Notes under the pieces: model-generated
Seen by the model: the letters and a program-made list of their open reading frames with translations, nothing else
The model's database searches: none
Told to the model about the DNA's origin: nothing
Shown: in pieces, positions 10,098 to 18,311 of the stretch
Position numbering within the stretch: the stretch's first letter is position 1
Layout of the letters: every line of letters starts with the position of its first letter
Translations under genes and position numbers: made by a program
Source: Candidatus Dormiibacterota bacterium
GTDB taxonomy: Bacteria > Chloroflexota > Dormibacteria > Aeolococcales > Aeolococcaceae
Length of the DNA: 64,000 nt
Assembly: GCA_027365835.1 (NCBI GenBank)
Contig: DAHXLU010000097.1
Coordinates: 3,096-67,095 of the forward strand
Direction: 5' to 3'

Positions 10098-10673
10098 TTA
10101 GTTGCCAGGTGCGCTTGCCGGGGATTCCTGTTCCCTGAAATGGATCAGCACATGGATGTGTTCTGTTCCTCGAACCACATCCAGCTCCATAACCTCCCCC
10201 GGACGACGCAGTGCGATAGCTGCCCGTAACTGCTGGGCTCCTCCTCCCAGAAGATAGCTCCCTATACCAACGATGAAATCCCCTGGGCAAAGCCCAGCGT
10301 CCTCTGCTGCAGAGCCTGGTGTAACCCGGCCCACCTCCACCGCCCCAGCCGGTACGAGCGTGCCAAGCTCCCTGCTCCTTTCTGCAGAGACCGTCCGGAT
10401 GGCTGCTCCAAGCGACACCCCTCCCGTCTCTTCCTGGGGCCCAGAGGGCAAAAAACGTGCCAGCTGGATTGGATCCGCACCCGCAAGAAACGCACTGCCT
10501 ATCTCCACCGAAGGCACTATCACCCTGCCAACCCTTCCAAACAGGATGGCGCTGGCGGAAGGATCTGAAAGAACATCCCTGATCCGTGGCTCAATACCAC
10601 GCCCTTTCAGATAATCCACAATCTGGTCACAGGCAGGGTCCCCCTGCTGGACGTAAACTGTAACGTCGACCAA
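10098..10673 (-). CDS. glutaredoxin-like (degenerate active site) plus PDZ domain protein
   Basis: The N-terminus has a Grx/NrdH-like layout (VTVYVQQGDPACDQIVDYLKGRGIEPRIRDV ... VPSVEIG), with DPAC in place of CPYC. The C-terminus is PDZ-like (VGRVTPGSAAEDAGLCPGDFIVGIG). The TTG start lies 11 nt after the helicase stop. Confidence 0.65.
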   Translation of the reverse strand: MVDVTVYVQQGDPACDQIVDYLKGRGIEPRIRDVLSDPSASAILFGRVGRVIVPSVEIGSAFLAGADPIQLARFLPSGPQEETGGVSLGAAIRTVSAERSRELGTLVPAGAVEVGRVTPGSAAEDAGLCPGDFIVGIGSYLLGGGAQQLRAAIALRRPGEVMELDVVRGTEHIHVLIHFREQESPASAPGN

Positions 10674-10684
10674 TTCCCTAGTCC

Positions 10685-13486
10685 CTAGTCCTCCGGGGGA
10701 GGCCCCGCTGAATGTGTTATCCGGTGAGCCCTCACGGGGGCGACAACCGGCTCTTCCATACCAGGGAAGGGCAGAACGCCGTTCCTGGATCCATCCCCAC
10801 CTGCAGAGACAGGCGCTGCATCGGTCGGCACAGATCGGCTGGGCGACGCCCCATTAGTGCCTGCTCCAGCCGTGTCTACTCCTGCCATCGCTGATCGCGC
10901 ACCCATGGATACACTTTGCGCAAGCGCAGACAATGACTTTGTTTCTTCCACGCCTTTGACCAGCAACGAGTCCTGGTTTGGCTCCAGCCCCGGCAGGGAA
11001 GGCATGGTGGTGGTGGCGGTGGTGGCTGGAGAACCCTGTGCCGGATTCACAGCTACCCCTGGGGAGCGCCGGCCACGCCGGCGCCTCCTGCGCCGCTTGC
11101 GCACTGCATCTGATTCCGCGCCTCCCTGGGCAGCTGTCTCTGTCTTTGTGGTGGCACCACCGTCAATAAGTGGGGTGGCTGGCAAGGGCCTCTGTCCGCC
11201 GCCACGGCGCCGCCGCCTACGGCGCGGCTGCCCTGCCCCCTCACCATGCTCTCCCTCCTGGTTCTTGCCGGTGGCACCTGCAAGCCCCCCACGACCCCGG
11301 CCAGGACGACCGCTCGGGGCTACCAGTTCGGAAGCACTCATCCACCCGCCAGCGGCCCTTGCCGCCTCTACCAGTACCCCATACATCGATTCTTCCCCAC
11401 TGCGCAACGTAGCGCTATCACCAATGCAGACCACCATGCGTCTTGCCCTTGATATGGCAACATTCAGGCGATTAGGGACGCGCAGAAACCCAATCCTCCC
11501 ACGCTCATTGCTTCGAACCAGGGAGATGACAACGATATCTTCCTCACGCCCCTCAAAAGAATCTACCGTATCGATCTTGATGTTTCTTTTGAAACGCCTG
11601 CGCCCAAGCGAATAGCGCAGGCGTTCGACCTGCTCTGCATACATCGCGATAACAGCAATGGAAAGGTCACGACTTACACGCTCGTCCAGCAATCTGACAA
11701 CTGTCGCTGCCACCTTAACCTCTGCTTCATTGCGTAGGGCACCACCAGGTCCCCTCCGCTCACGCCCACCCCGCATACCTTCAGTGTCAACAAAATGCAG
11801 CGCCACCGGGAAGGGATGCCGGGTAACAAAGTCGTAGGCGCACACTTCCTGTGCATCTTCAAGCTGGCCATCGTATGATGCCGCTGATACGTAGCTGGAG
11901 ATCTGGGGATGCATGCGATGCTGCACCTTGAGCAGGCACTTGGCTGAATCAGGCAAGCCACCTTCCCAGGCTTGCTCAAACAGGCTGTGATTGATAAGGT
12001 CTTCCAGCTGTGGATCATCCTCGACAATGGAGTACAGGGAGTCGTCTTCCACCGGGGGAAGTTGCTTGTGATCGCCTACCAGGGCAAGTGCTGCTCCCAG
12101 TCGAAGCGCGGGCAAGGCTTCATCGACGCGCGCCTTGTTAGCCTCGTCAAGAATAACCAGATCAAAATTCATGTCTGTTATCGCTGAAGTTGCAGCGGTA
12201 GCACAGGTTGCAAAATAACAGTTTGCCTGCAACAGTCGGGGATCATCTTCATCATCACACCGGAACTGGTCAACCGAAGAATGTACCCGCTCTGCCCTGG
12301 CAACTCGCACCGCCCGCATACCGGGGGTGCCCGCAAGCCGCTCCAGTGCGTTGTCTACAGCCAGATTGCTATGTGAGGTTACGAGTATCCGTTCTTCTGG
12401 ATTATTGGCCAGGCGTCTTTTTACTGCCTCGACTATGACAGTGGTCTTCCCGGTTCCAGGCGGTCCCTGTATGAACACACATTGCGCAGCTCCAAGGTTG
12501 GCCACCAGCGATACCGCACGATCCTGCGATGGATTTGAAAACATGCCGGGGGTATCCCATGGACGCCCTATTTCGCCCGGCGCTGGCGACGATATGGTTT
12601 CGGGACACACCAGCAACTGGGCCAGTAGCCCCACGCCGAAATCCCGGGTAGCAATGGCTGCGAGCACTGAACGCTTGGCCTGGTAAAGCGCCCGGTTGAA
12701 TGACGGGGCAACACCACCCTCTGAACCTGCATGCTCGTACGTTCGACAGACCACCTCCACCAGCCGGCGACGATGGTCTATTCTCGAAACGCGCCCAACA
12801 AAGTTGGGACTGTCCTCTGGCTCTACCAGTACCGCTGCGTCTGTCATAAGCGTAATCGGCTCGTCATCCGGAATGGTGAGCTCTACCTTCCCAAGTTCAG
12901 GACGCTGGTGATCCTGCTCGTCAAACTCCCTGCCGCACGAAGGGCATCTATCGTTATCGTCAGGACGCCATAACCCCCTGCATTTGCGACACCGCCAGAA
13001 TTCGCGTACACCACGATAATGGGTTCGCTGGCTCTGAGCCCGGGCCTTTTCTGCATTTTCCAGCTTGTCCACCAGTTTCAGAGCACCATACAGCTGCTCA
13101 GACGTAGCAGCCATGGCCATCGCATCCCGGAAATCCTTCAGTCGATACGTGTCACTTACAATCCCATTGGTTGCCGTAACCACAGGATGGCGGGCTACAA
13201 CCGTCAGCAACTTTTCTGCGCTACCTGAGGAACGCCCGGGTCGAACGTTCACCACAAGCAGTGCCATATGCTCCCTGGCCTGGTTTTCAGGCAGCTCAAA
13301 AGTACACTGTAAAACCAGATCGGGCAACGACAGTGTGACCAGGGGGGGATCGTCGTCAGTAAAGGTGACCGACAGATGCTCAACCTCAGCCAGCCTTTCT
13401 GCAAACAGCTTCCGGGGGTCGGTGTCAGTGCCCTGGGCAAGGGCGTCCAGTACCACCATGGCGTCGCTGGCGTCAGGGACGAGCAA
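10685..13486 (-). CDS. superfamily 1 (Upf1/DNA2-like, AAA_11/AAA_12) helicase with an N-terminal Zn-ribbon and a C-terminal Arg-rich tail
   Basis: Walker A is GPPGTGKTT and Walker B is ILDEANKA. Late motifs are VDSFEGREEDIVVISLVRSN and RLNVAISRARR. A CxxC...CxxC ribbon is present (CRKCRG...CPSCG). The tail has GRGRGG, RRRRRRGGG and KRRRRRRRGRR tracts. Alternative start is ATG 13459. Confidence 0.85.
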   Translation of the reverse strand: MLVPDASDAMVVLDALAQGTDTDPRKLFAERLAEVEHLSVTFTDDDPPLVTLSLPDLVLQCTFELPENQAREHMALLVVNVRPGRSSGSAEKLLTVVARHPVVTATNGIVSDTYRLKDFRDAMAMAATSEQLYGALKLVDKLENAEKARAQSQRTHYRGVREFWRCRKCRGLWRPDDNDRCPSCGREFDEQDHQRPELGKVELTIPDDEPITLMTDAAVLVEPEDSPNFVGRVSRIDHRRRLVEVVCRTYEHAGSEGGVAPSFNRALYQAKRSVLAAIATRDFGVGLLAQLLVCPETISSPAPGEIGRPWDTPGMFSNPSQDRAVSLVANLGAAQCVFIQGPPGTGKTTVIVEAVKRRLANNPEERILVTSHSNLAVDNALERLAGTPGMRAVRVARAERVHSSVDQFRCDDEDDPRLLQANCYFATCATAATSAITDMNFDLVILDEANKARVDEALPALRLGAALALVGDHKQLPPVEDDSLYSIVEDDPQLEDLINHSLFEQAWEGGLPDSAKCLLKVQHRMHPQISSYVSAASYDGQLEDAQEVCAYDFVTRHPFPVALHFVDTEGMRGGRERRGPGGALRNEAEVKVAATVVRLLDERVSRDLSIAVIAMYAEQVERLRYSLGRRRFKRNIKIDTVDSFEGREEDIVVISLVRSNERGRIGFLRVPNRLNVAISRARRMVVCIGDSATLRSGEESMYGVLVEAARAAGGWMSASELVAPSGRPGRGRGGLAGATGKNQEGEHGEGAGQPRRRRRRRGGGQRPLPATPLIDGGATTKTETAAQGGAESDAVRKRRRRRRRGRRSPGVAVNPAQGSPATTATTTMPSLPGLEPNQDSLLVKGVEETKSLSALAQSVSMGARSAMAGVDTAGAGTNGASPSRSVPTDAAPVSAGGDGSRNGVLPFPGMEEPVVAPVRAHRITHSAGPPPED

Positions 13487-13776
13487 GTGGAGCCTGTCAA
13501 GGGCGAGATCTGGAGCGATCAGAGGATGCTAACCTCAGCGCCAGCACCTTGCGATGCTGATGCACTAACTAATTTCAACTCCACTTTATGGAGCTGGGCG
13601 CGGCCGACCCTGTATTGACCGGCATCTGCCTCCAACGCAACTATAGAGCATAAGGCTGGGGATGGGCTAGGGGGGGAGCTGGAAGCAACCTCCGCCACTC
13701 CCCCGGCCAGGGCCTCCGGAAACAGGACGGGCACCCCCGATACGGACACCTTTTCCCGGCACGGGCGAAGAGCAGG

Positions 13777-14073
13777 CTAATGGATCAGAATCAACTCAAT
13801 GCCAAAAAACAGCACCGCCACTGCCAGGGCAATCACCAGGCCCCAGGCCCCAAGAGGGGGAGAAAACCAGATGGATGCTGGTCCTGCCGGGGACGCAAAA
13901 GGTCCAACCCAGCTGGTCCCGTTCCACCACCATCGTCCTGACCGGTCCCAGCCTGACTGGACCGGAGCTGCCTCACGCGGGGGGGGGGCCGGTTCCTCCG
14001 GCAAAGTCCCCTGCATGGGTCCAGGAGACGGGCCCTGCTGGGGATAGAGGAGTAAAAAGTCTGGGTCTGGCAT
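13777..14073 (-). CDS. DUF2510-like small membrane protein
   Basis: The motif GWDRSGRWWWNGTSWVGP resembles GWYxDPxGxxRYWDGxxWT, and a C-terminal TM follows (LVIALAVAVLFFGIELILI). The start is chosen at ATG 14073 (CAGAAT + 6 nt). Alternatives are 14016 and 14172. Confidence 0.55.
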   Translation of the reverse strand: MPDPDFLLLYPQQGPSPGPMQGTLPEEPAPPPREAAPVQSGWDRSGRWWWNGTSWVGPFASPAGPASIWFSPPLGAWGLVIALAVAVLFFGIELILIH

Positions 14074-14079
14074 GGATAC

Positions 14080-14085
14080 ATTCTG
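14080..14085 (-). promoter_or_regulatory. candidate -10-like box (CAGAAT) 6 nt upstream of ATG 14073
   Basis: The spacing matches the leaderless pattern, but the first base deviates from TAnnnT. Confidence 0.3.
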
Positions 14086-14102
14086 CCGTATCGTCCACAG
14101 CG

Positions 14103-14108
14103 TACGAT
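14103..14108 (+). promoter_or_regulatory. candidate -10 box (TACGAT) for a leaderless GTG at 14115
   Basis: TACGAT is followed by 6 nt (atagcc) and then GTG. It sits back to back with the 14080 box. Confidence 0.35.
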
Positions 14109-14114
14109 ATAGCC

Positions 14115-14501
14115 GTGAATGAGAGCATAGATCTGAGTGGCCTGCACCGGGAACTGGATCGGTTAAAGACACAGCTTTGCCAATGCCAGCACACAGGTGA
14201 ATGCATCGCCTGTAGAGGCTTTGAACTGCTGAGGGAACAGTCCCAAAGCCTGGTTGCGGCGGCCTCCCAGCCTGCCCTGGTCCAGGTAGCGCAACAGGCC
14301 TCCATCAAGGACATGATGGAAAGAATGGCTAGCCTGCAAGAGAAACTGGCCATGGATCAGGACCTTGACGCCATGATGGAGCAAATGTTCCAGAAGATCA
14401 GGCAGGACATGGGCGACGACTTCGATCTGGCCCAGCTACTGCGGCTCTTTGGTATGCCACCACCAGGGGATCTTCCCCCGCCAGGAACCTCTGCCGACTG
14501 A
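14115..14501 (+). CDS. hypothetical protein with a Cys cluster (CQCQHTGECIAC) and an acidic helical C-terminus
   Basis: This is the 3' part of the 13875..14501 ORF. The 5' part overlaps the DUF2510-like gene antisense, so I moved the start to the in-frame GTG at 14115. Confidence 0.45.
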   Translation: MNESIDLSGLHRELDRLKTQLCQCQHTGECIACRGFELLREQSQSLVAAASQPALVQVAQQASIKDMMERMASLQEKLAMDQDLDAMMEQMFQKIRQDMGDDFDLAQLLRLFGMPPPGDLPPPGTSAD

Positions 14502-14698
14502 CCAGGCTCCGGCGGTCGGGGCTGCCCAGCAGTATCCAGGGCGGACGAGCCCATCTTGCCCTGGAATGACATTCAGGCATTTCTCACAGACGCCCGCTAT
14601 GCTCAAAATGTCTCCGGAATGCTGTGCCCATGGATAGGCAAGTGTTGTCCAGCCCACCAAGGAGATGGCACCACTGGCCGGGCATAGCAAGATAAACA

Positions 14699-14717
14699 GG
14701 GGGGGTATATCCCCCCC
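14699..14717. terminator. G7-TATAT-C7 hairpin between convergent genes
   Basis: The sequence gggggggtatatccccccc forms a perfect 7-bp GC stem. The flanking T tracts are weak on both strands. Confidence 0.35.
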
Positions 14718-14831
14718 TTCTGATCCCCTCCTGGAGGGGCCGACTGCCGGACTGTATCAAATTCTGCGCAACAGACAGGAGATGCCAAAGCGCCCCCTTT
14801 TGCCTGGGAAGGCGCCCCCATATCTGAATTG

Positions 14832-15230
14832 TCAGAACGGAGGATTACCAGTATCCCTGGAATTTAGCGTAAGTGCCTTGGCTACCGCTTCAGACAGGCC
14901 GCTTAGGGAGAATGGTTTTGGGATGAATGCAGTAGCCCCTGCAGCAGTAGCCTCGCGCAGGGCTTTCATGTCGTCTCTGGCGGTAAAAACCAGAATGGGC
15001 ACCTTCCCAAAACTTTCCTGCGCCCGGACCCACCGACACAAGGAAAGCCCATCCATATCTGGCATCATGAGATCCAGAATTACGACGTCAAACTTGTACT
15101 GGGAGAACTCCAGTCTGGCACTCTCCCCACCATCAGCAGTAATGACAACATACCCATCTGAGGCAAGATAGCTGCTCAGGACCCTAAGGATGCGTGGGTC
15201 ATCGTCGACGACAAGGACCGTATGCGCCAT
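14832..15230 (-). CDS. single-domain response regulator (CheY-like receiver)
   Basis: Receiver motifs are VLVVDDD, DVVILDLMMPDMDG, VPILVFTARDD and IPKPF. GGGGAGGG lies 5 nt upstream of the ATG. Confidence 0.88.
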   Translation of the reverse strand: MAHTVLVVDDDPRILRVLSSYLASDGYVVITADGGESARLEFSQYKFDVVILDLMMPDMDGLSLCRWVRAQESFGKVPILVFTARDDMKALREATAAGATAFIPKPFSLSGLSEAVAKALTLNSRDTGNPPF

Positions 15231-15520
15231 CGGTGCCCTCCCCTGTACCCCTTCGTGGGAAACCTGGCCTTCTCGCGGGTAATCCCCTGGTCCGCAGCTC
15301 CAGCAGATCCATTATAAGAGCCCTTCATAAGCAGAGGGACAAAATGCCCCTGGGCCACTTGTAGCCGATCCAAATCTAGAAACGGACCCGCTCCCTCTAC
15401 CCTGGGGCAAGGGCTCATTCTATCGAGGGAACACCCGCTGCAAAGTGGAGGAGGAAAGGAAATGCGGCTTGAAAGACAACGCTACGCACCTACCCTTTCT
15501 TTTGTACCAGAAGAATCAGG

Positions 15521-16168
15521 TTAAATTGGCAGCCGGTCAGCAAGCTGGGGGACCACAGCCAGGACCGCCCCAACCTGTGTGAGGATCTCTGCAAAATCCA
15601 CTGGACTGGAGAGATCCAGAATCCACGAGTACTCGGCTGTCAGCTTTTCCACAATCAGCGTCCCATTGGCCGACACAATCCCTATATGGACGCTCGGCCG
15701 GTTTTCTTCCGGAAAAACCTTTGCAAGGAGTACCTGAACCGTGCCCAGCCAGCTATTGGCTTCCTCGAGGCTCTGGAGGTCATACCCGCCGTCCCCCAGG
15801 ATAAACTCCCCCTCCAGTTCAATAGCTGGCTGTGGGACGAGACTGGAATGGGGGCAATCAAGGTCATCATCGTGGTACAGCTCACACTCCGCAGTGGCAC
15901 CATAGACTGTGACATAGGTCAGCAATGCATCCCAGCCAAAACTGAGATGAGCATGGTAGCGCGATCCGATCTCTGCCGAGTTCAGGCGCAAGAGCGCGGA
16001 AAATCGACGCTCACCACTGGACGGTTCAATCTCATGCCGAACATCATCGATGGCAAGATCATGCTCCCGTGCGGTTTCCAGCAGAGAAGTGGCGAATTCC
16101 TCATAGTTGGGAATGTAGACCGTTATCCCCTCATCCTCAGAAGCAGGGAAAGAGCCTTCCTCGTTCAC
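15521..16168 (-). CDS. hypothetical acidic cytoplasmic protein
   Basis: 215 codons. Its start overlaps the stop of the upstream 82-aa ORF by 4 nt. I recognise no family. Confidence 0.6.
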   Translation of the reverse strand: MNEEGSFPASEDEGITVYIPNYEEFATSLLETAREHDLAIDDVRHEIEPSSGERRFSALLRLNSAEIGSRYHAHLSFGWDALLTYVTVYGATAECELYHDDDLDCPHSSLVPQPAIELEGEFILGDGGYDLQSLEEANSWLGTVQVLLAKVFPEENRPSVHIGIVSANGTLIVEKLTAEYSWILDLSSPVDFAEILTQVGAVLAVVPQLADRLPI

Positions 16169-16413
16169 GCCTCTGGGTGACCCCGAGCCCCAGAAATTGC
16201 CACTGTGGCCATGCCAAGAATAAATAGCAGGGCAGTTATCAGAACAATGGGAACTTCAACAGCGGGGGTGGTGTCGCCAGCCAGGGCTATGACCCCCCCA
16301 ATGACGAGCCCTGCCATTGCTGCTGCCAGTAACCCAACAGCTATAAAAAGTGCCCAGTCCCGCCCTCTCGCCCCTTCCGGGGCATCTTCCTTGGAATAGT
16401 CTGAGTTTTCCAT
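16165..16413 (-). CDS. small two-TM membrane protein
   Basis: 82 aa with two hydrophobic segments (WALFIAVGLLAAAMAGLVIGGVIAL and VPIVLITALLFILGMATVAI). Confidence 0.55.
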   Translation of the reverse strand: MENSDYSKEDAPEGARGRDWALFIAVGLLAAAMAGLVIGGVIALAGDTTPAVEVPIVLITALLFILGMATVAISGARGHPEA

Positions 16414-16419
16414 GCAGGT

Positions 16420-16425
16420 ATTCTA
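16420..16425 (-). promoter_or_regulatory. candidate -10 box (TAGAAT) for a leaderless ATG at 16413
   Basis: On the minus strand TAGAAT is followed by 6 nt (acctgc) and then the ATG. Confidence 0.4.
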
Positions 16426-17013
16426 TCGCGAAACCTACATCCCCCACCCCAGAGGCAACCCTCCCCTGTTGCCAGGCTAAAGCACGCTGGACGGTACAGG
16501 CCCCTCCGATGGAGCAGTACCCACAAAATAATCCACTTTTTAGCTCTGGGAATCTCTGGAGATCAAGGGTGCCTAAAGCAGCAATCCTACGGGCAGGAGC
16601 GGCTCCTGGTTGGCGTACCGTAGCAAAATGCTCACAATAACCACAAGAAGCAAAACCACCAAGAACGTTCCCAGTATCAATTCAATCTGTTCCCGGGAGG
16701 GCGGCGTATTTCCAAAAGGCATTGCAGGTACACAATAGCATCCACTCTGAGTGGGGCTTGCCCACAGTAAAAGGGGTATTGCTGCCGCGCTGGCCGTCGC
16801 GCATCGTTGCTGGGTCCCTACCAGTACAATTAGGAAGGCTGGAGTGTGAACGAGGCTCGTCTTTACACGGTTTTACGAAAACGCACGAATTTACTCCCAT
16901 TCCGTACACATTCCTGTTACTTCGGACCACCGCGACTGGCCACGTTGCTATAGTGAGCCGGTCGAATATAACTTCCCTGGCTCCAAGGCCAGGTCTTAGG
17001 AGCGACCCAACCA

Positions 17014-18306
17014 GTGCAAATGCAGGGATCTCTGACAGATTCACCGTTACCGACCCTGATCCAGGGGATGCAGAGCGAACGCGCTACAGGAACCCTGTCG
17101 GTCGAACACGACAACCAGTCCACAGCACTCTATTTCCTCTTTGGACACCTGTTCCATGCCGACAATGGCACCCAACAGGGGGAGCCGGTAGTCCTGCAGG
17201 CGCTCTCCTGGAAGGATGGGGATTTTCAGTTTGATCCAAGGGCCAAACTACCCGCCGATGAGACCATCAAGTCCTCCATTGAGGACCTGATCGCCAGCGC
17301 AGGAGTAAATACCGATGCCCTGGATCCATTCCAGCCACCAGTGGCCAGCACAGAGACCATGGTTGCGCCTGCAGAAGCGACAGGAGATGCCAACACCGCT
17401 GACACCACAGCTGAACCGGAGATATACTCTCCGCCTACACCTGCCTATACTCCGCCTGAGGTTTACACTCCCCCAGAGGTTTACACACCCCCCGATATCT
17501 ACGGTTCCCCGGTAGCCGAGGGTGCTGATTCAGTCAGCCCAGAAAGCCTTGAAGAGCCAGCTGGCTATTCCCCGGCTGACCTGGAAGAGGAAAGCTCTCC
17601 GGGTCCAGCCCCGACAACCGTGGAACCCGAACCATCCGTACCAGTGACCGCAGGACTGTCGACAGAGGGCACAAGCGCAGAACCTTTCGAGATGTACCCC
17701 CTTCCTGCAGGCACATTTATCTATGAAGGACTAAAAACCTCTTTTGTGGATTTTCCGCGACTCCTGGCAACCTTGCGCAATGACAAACACACTGGATACG
17801 TAAAGATTAATAATGACGCGAGATCCGGGGTACTGCTGTTCCATGATGGTCACCTGCTTGAGGCTCTCTTTTCGGACTCCGGGATAACCCATTCTGAAGT
17901 GGCGTTTACCAAATTCCGTCGAGAGATGGAGAATGGCACCGGCCTCATAGACGTAATTACCCTAAATGGCGATACAGTGGTGGCGCTCGCCCAACTTCTG
18001 ACTGCCAGACCACTCTATACCGGACTACTGGGCCGTTTTGTAAACTTCGAAGCCCTGCTTGAACATCTCGAAGAAGAACAGATTGATGGATCTGTAGTTG
18101 TTCGTGCGGATGATGAAACAGGCATCATTCTGCTCAGAAAGGGAACAGTGCTCGGTGCCTACACCAATGGTCAGCCGCAAATGGCGCAAAGCACAACTGC
18201 TGTGTCAACCATCGCCTCCCTCCGCCCCGCCCGAATTGAGGTCAAGAGTGGAGCCTCCGACATCCAGGGAATAGATGTAGAAGCGGCCCTTAAGCAGGCC
18301 TACTAA
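17014..18306 (+). CDS. DUF4388 (PATAN-type) domain protein with a Pro-rich repeat linker
   Basis: The N-terminus reads GSLTDSPLPTLIQGMQSERATGTLSVEHDNQSTALYFLFGHLFHA...GEPVVLQALSWKDGDFQF. The C-terminal half has a second similar module (HTGYVKINNDARSGVLLFHDGHLLEA). ATG 17020 is an alternative start. Confidence 0.75.
   Translation: MQMQGSLTDSPLPTLIQGMQSERATGTLSVEHDNQSTALYFLFGHLFHADNGTQQGEPVVLQALSWKDGDFQFDPRAKLPADETIKSSIEDLIASAGVNTDALDPFQPPVASTETMVAPAEATGDANTADTTAEPEIYSPPTPAYTPPEVYTPPEVYTPPDIYGSPVAEGADSVSPESLEEPAGYSPADLEEESSPGPAPTTVEPEPSVPVTAGLSTEGTSAEPFEMYPLPAGTFIYEGLKTSFVDFPRLLATLRNDKHTGYVKINNDARSGVLLFHDGHLLEALFSDSGITHSEVAFTKFRREMENGTGLIDVITLNGDTVVALAQLLTARPLYTGLLGRFVNFEALLEHLEEEQIDGSVVVRADDETGIILLRKGTVLGAYTNGQPQMAQSTTAVSTIASLRPARIEVKSGASDIQGIDVEAALKQAY
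17446..17499 (+). repeat. 3 x 18-bp in-frame tandem repeat encoding YTPPEV/YTPPEV/YTPPDI
   Basis: Direct reading gives tatactccgcctgaggtt, tacactcccccagaggtt and tacacaccccccgatatc. Confidence 0.9.
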
Positions 18307-18311
18307 GTGCG

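Noticed and set aside
13519-13749. A 76-codon ORF lies upstream of the helicase on the same strand.
   Set aside because: It is Ala/Ser/Gly-rich and low-complexity, has no start-site signal, and looks like a chance open frame in the helicase promoter region.
16573-16722. A 49-codon minus-strand ORF encodes a single-TM peptide (MPFGNTPPSREQIELILGTFLVVLLLVVIVSILLRY...).
   Set aside because: It has neither an SD nor a TAnnnT hexamer at the leaderless offset, and I cannot assess conservation. It is mentioned only under the spacer finding.
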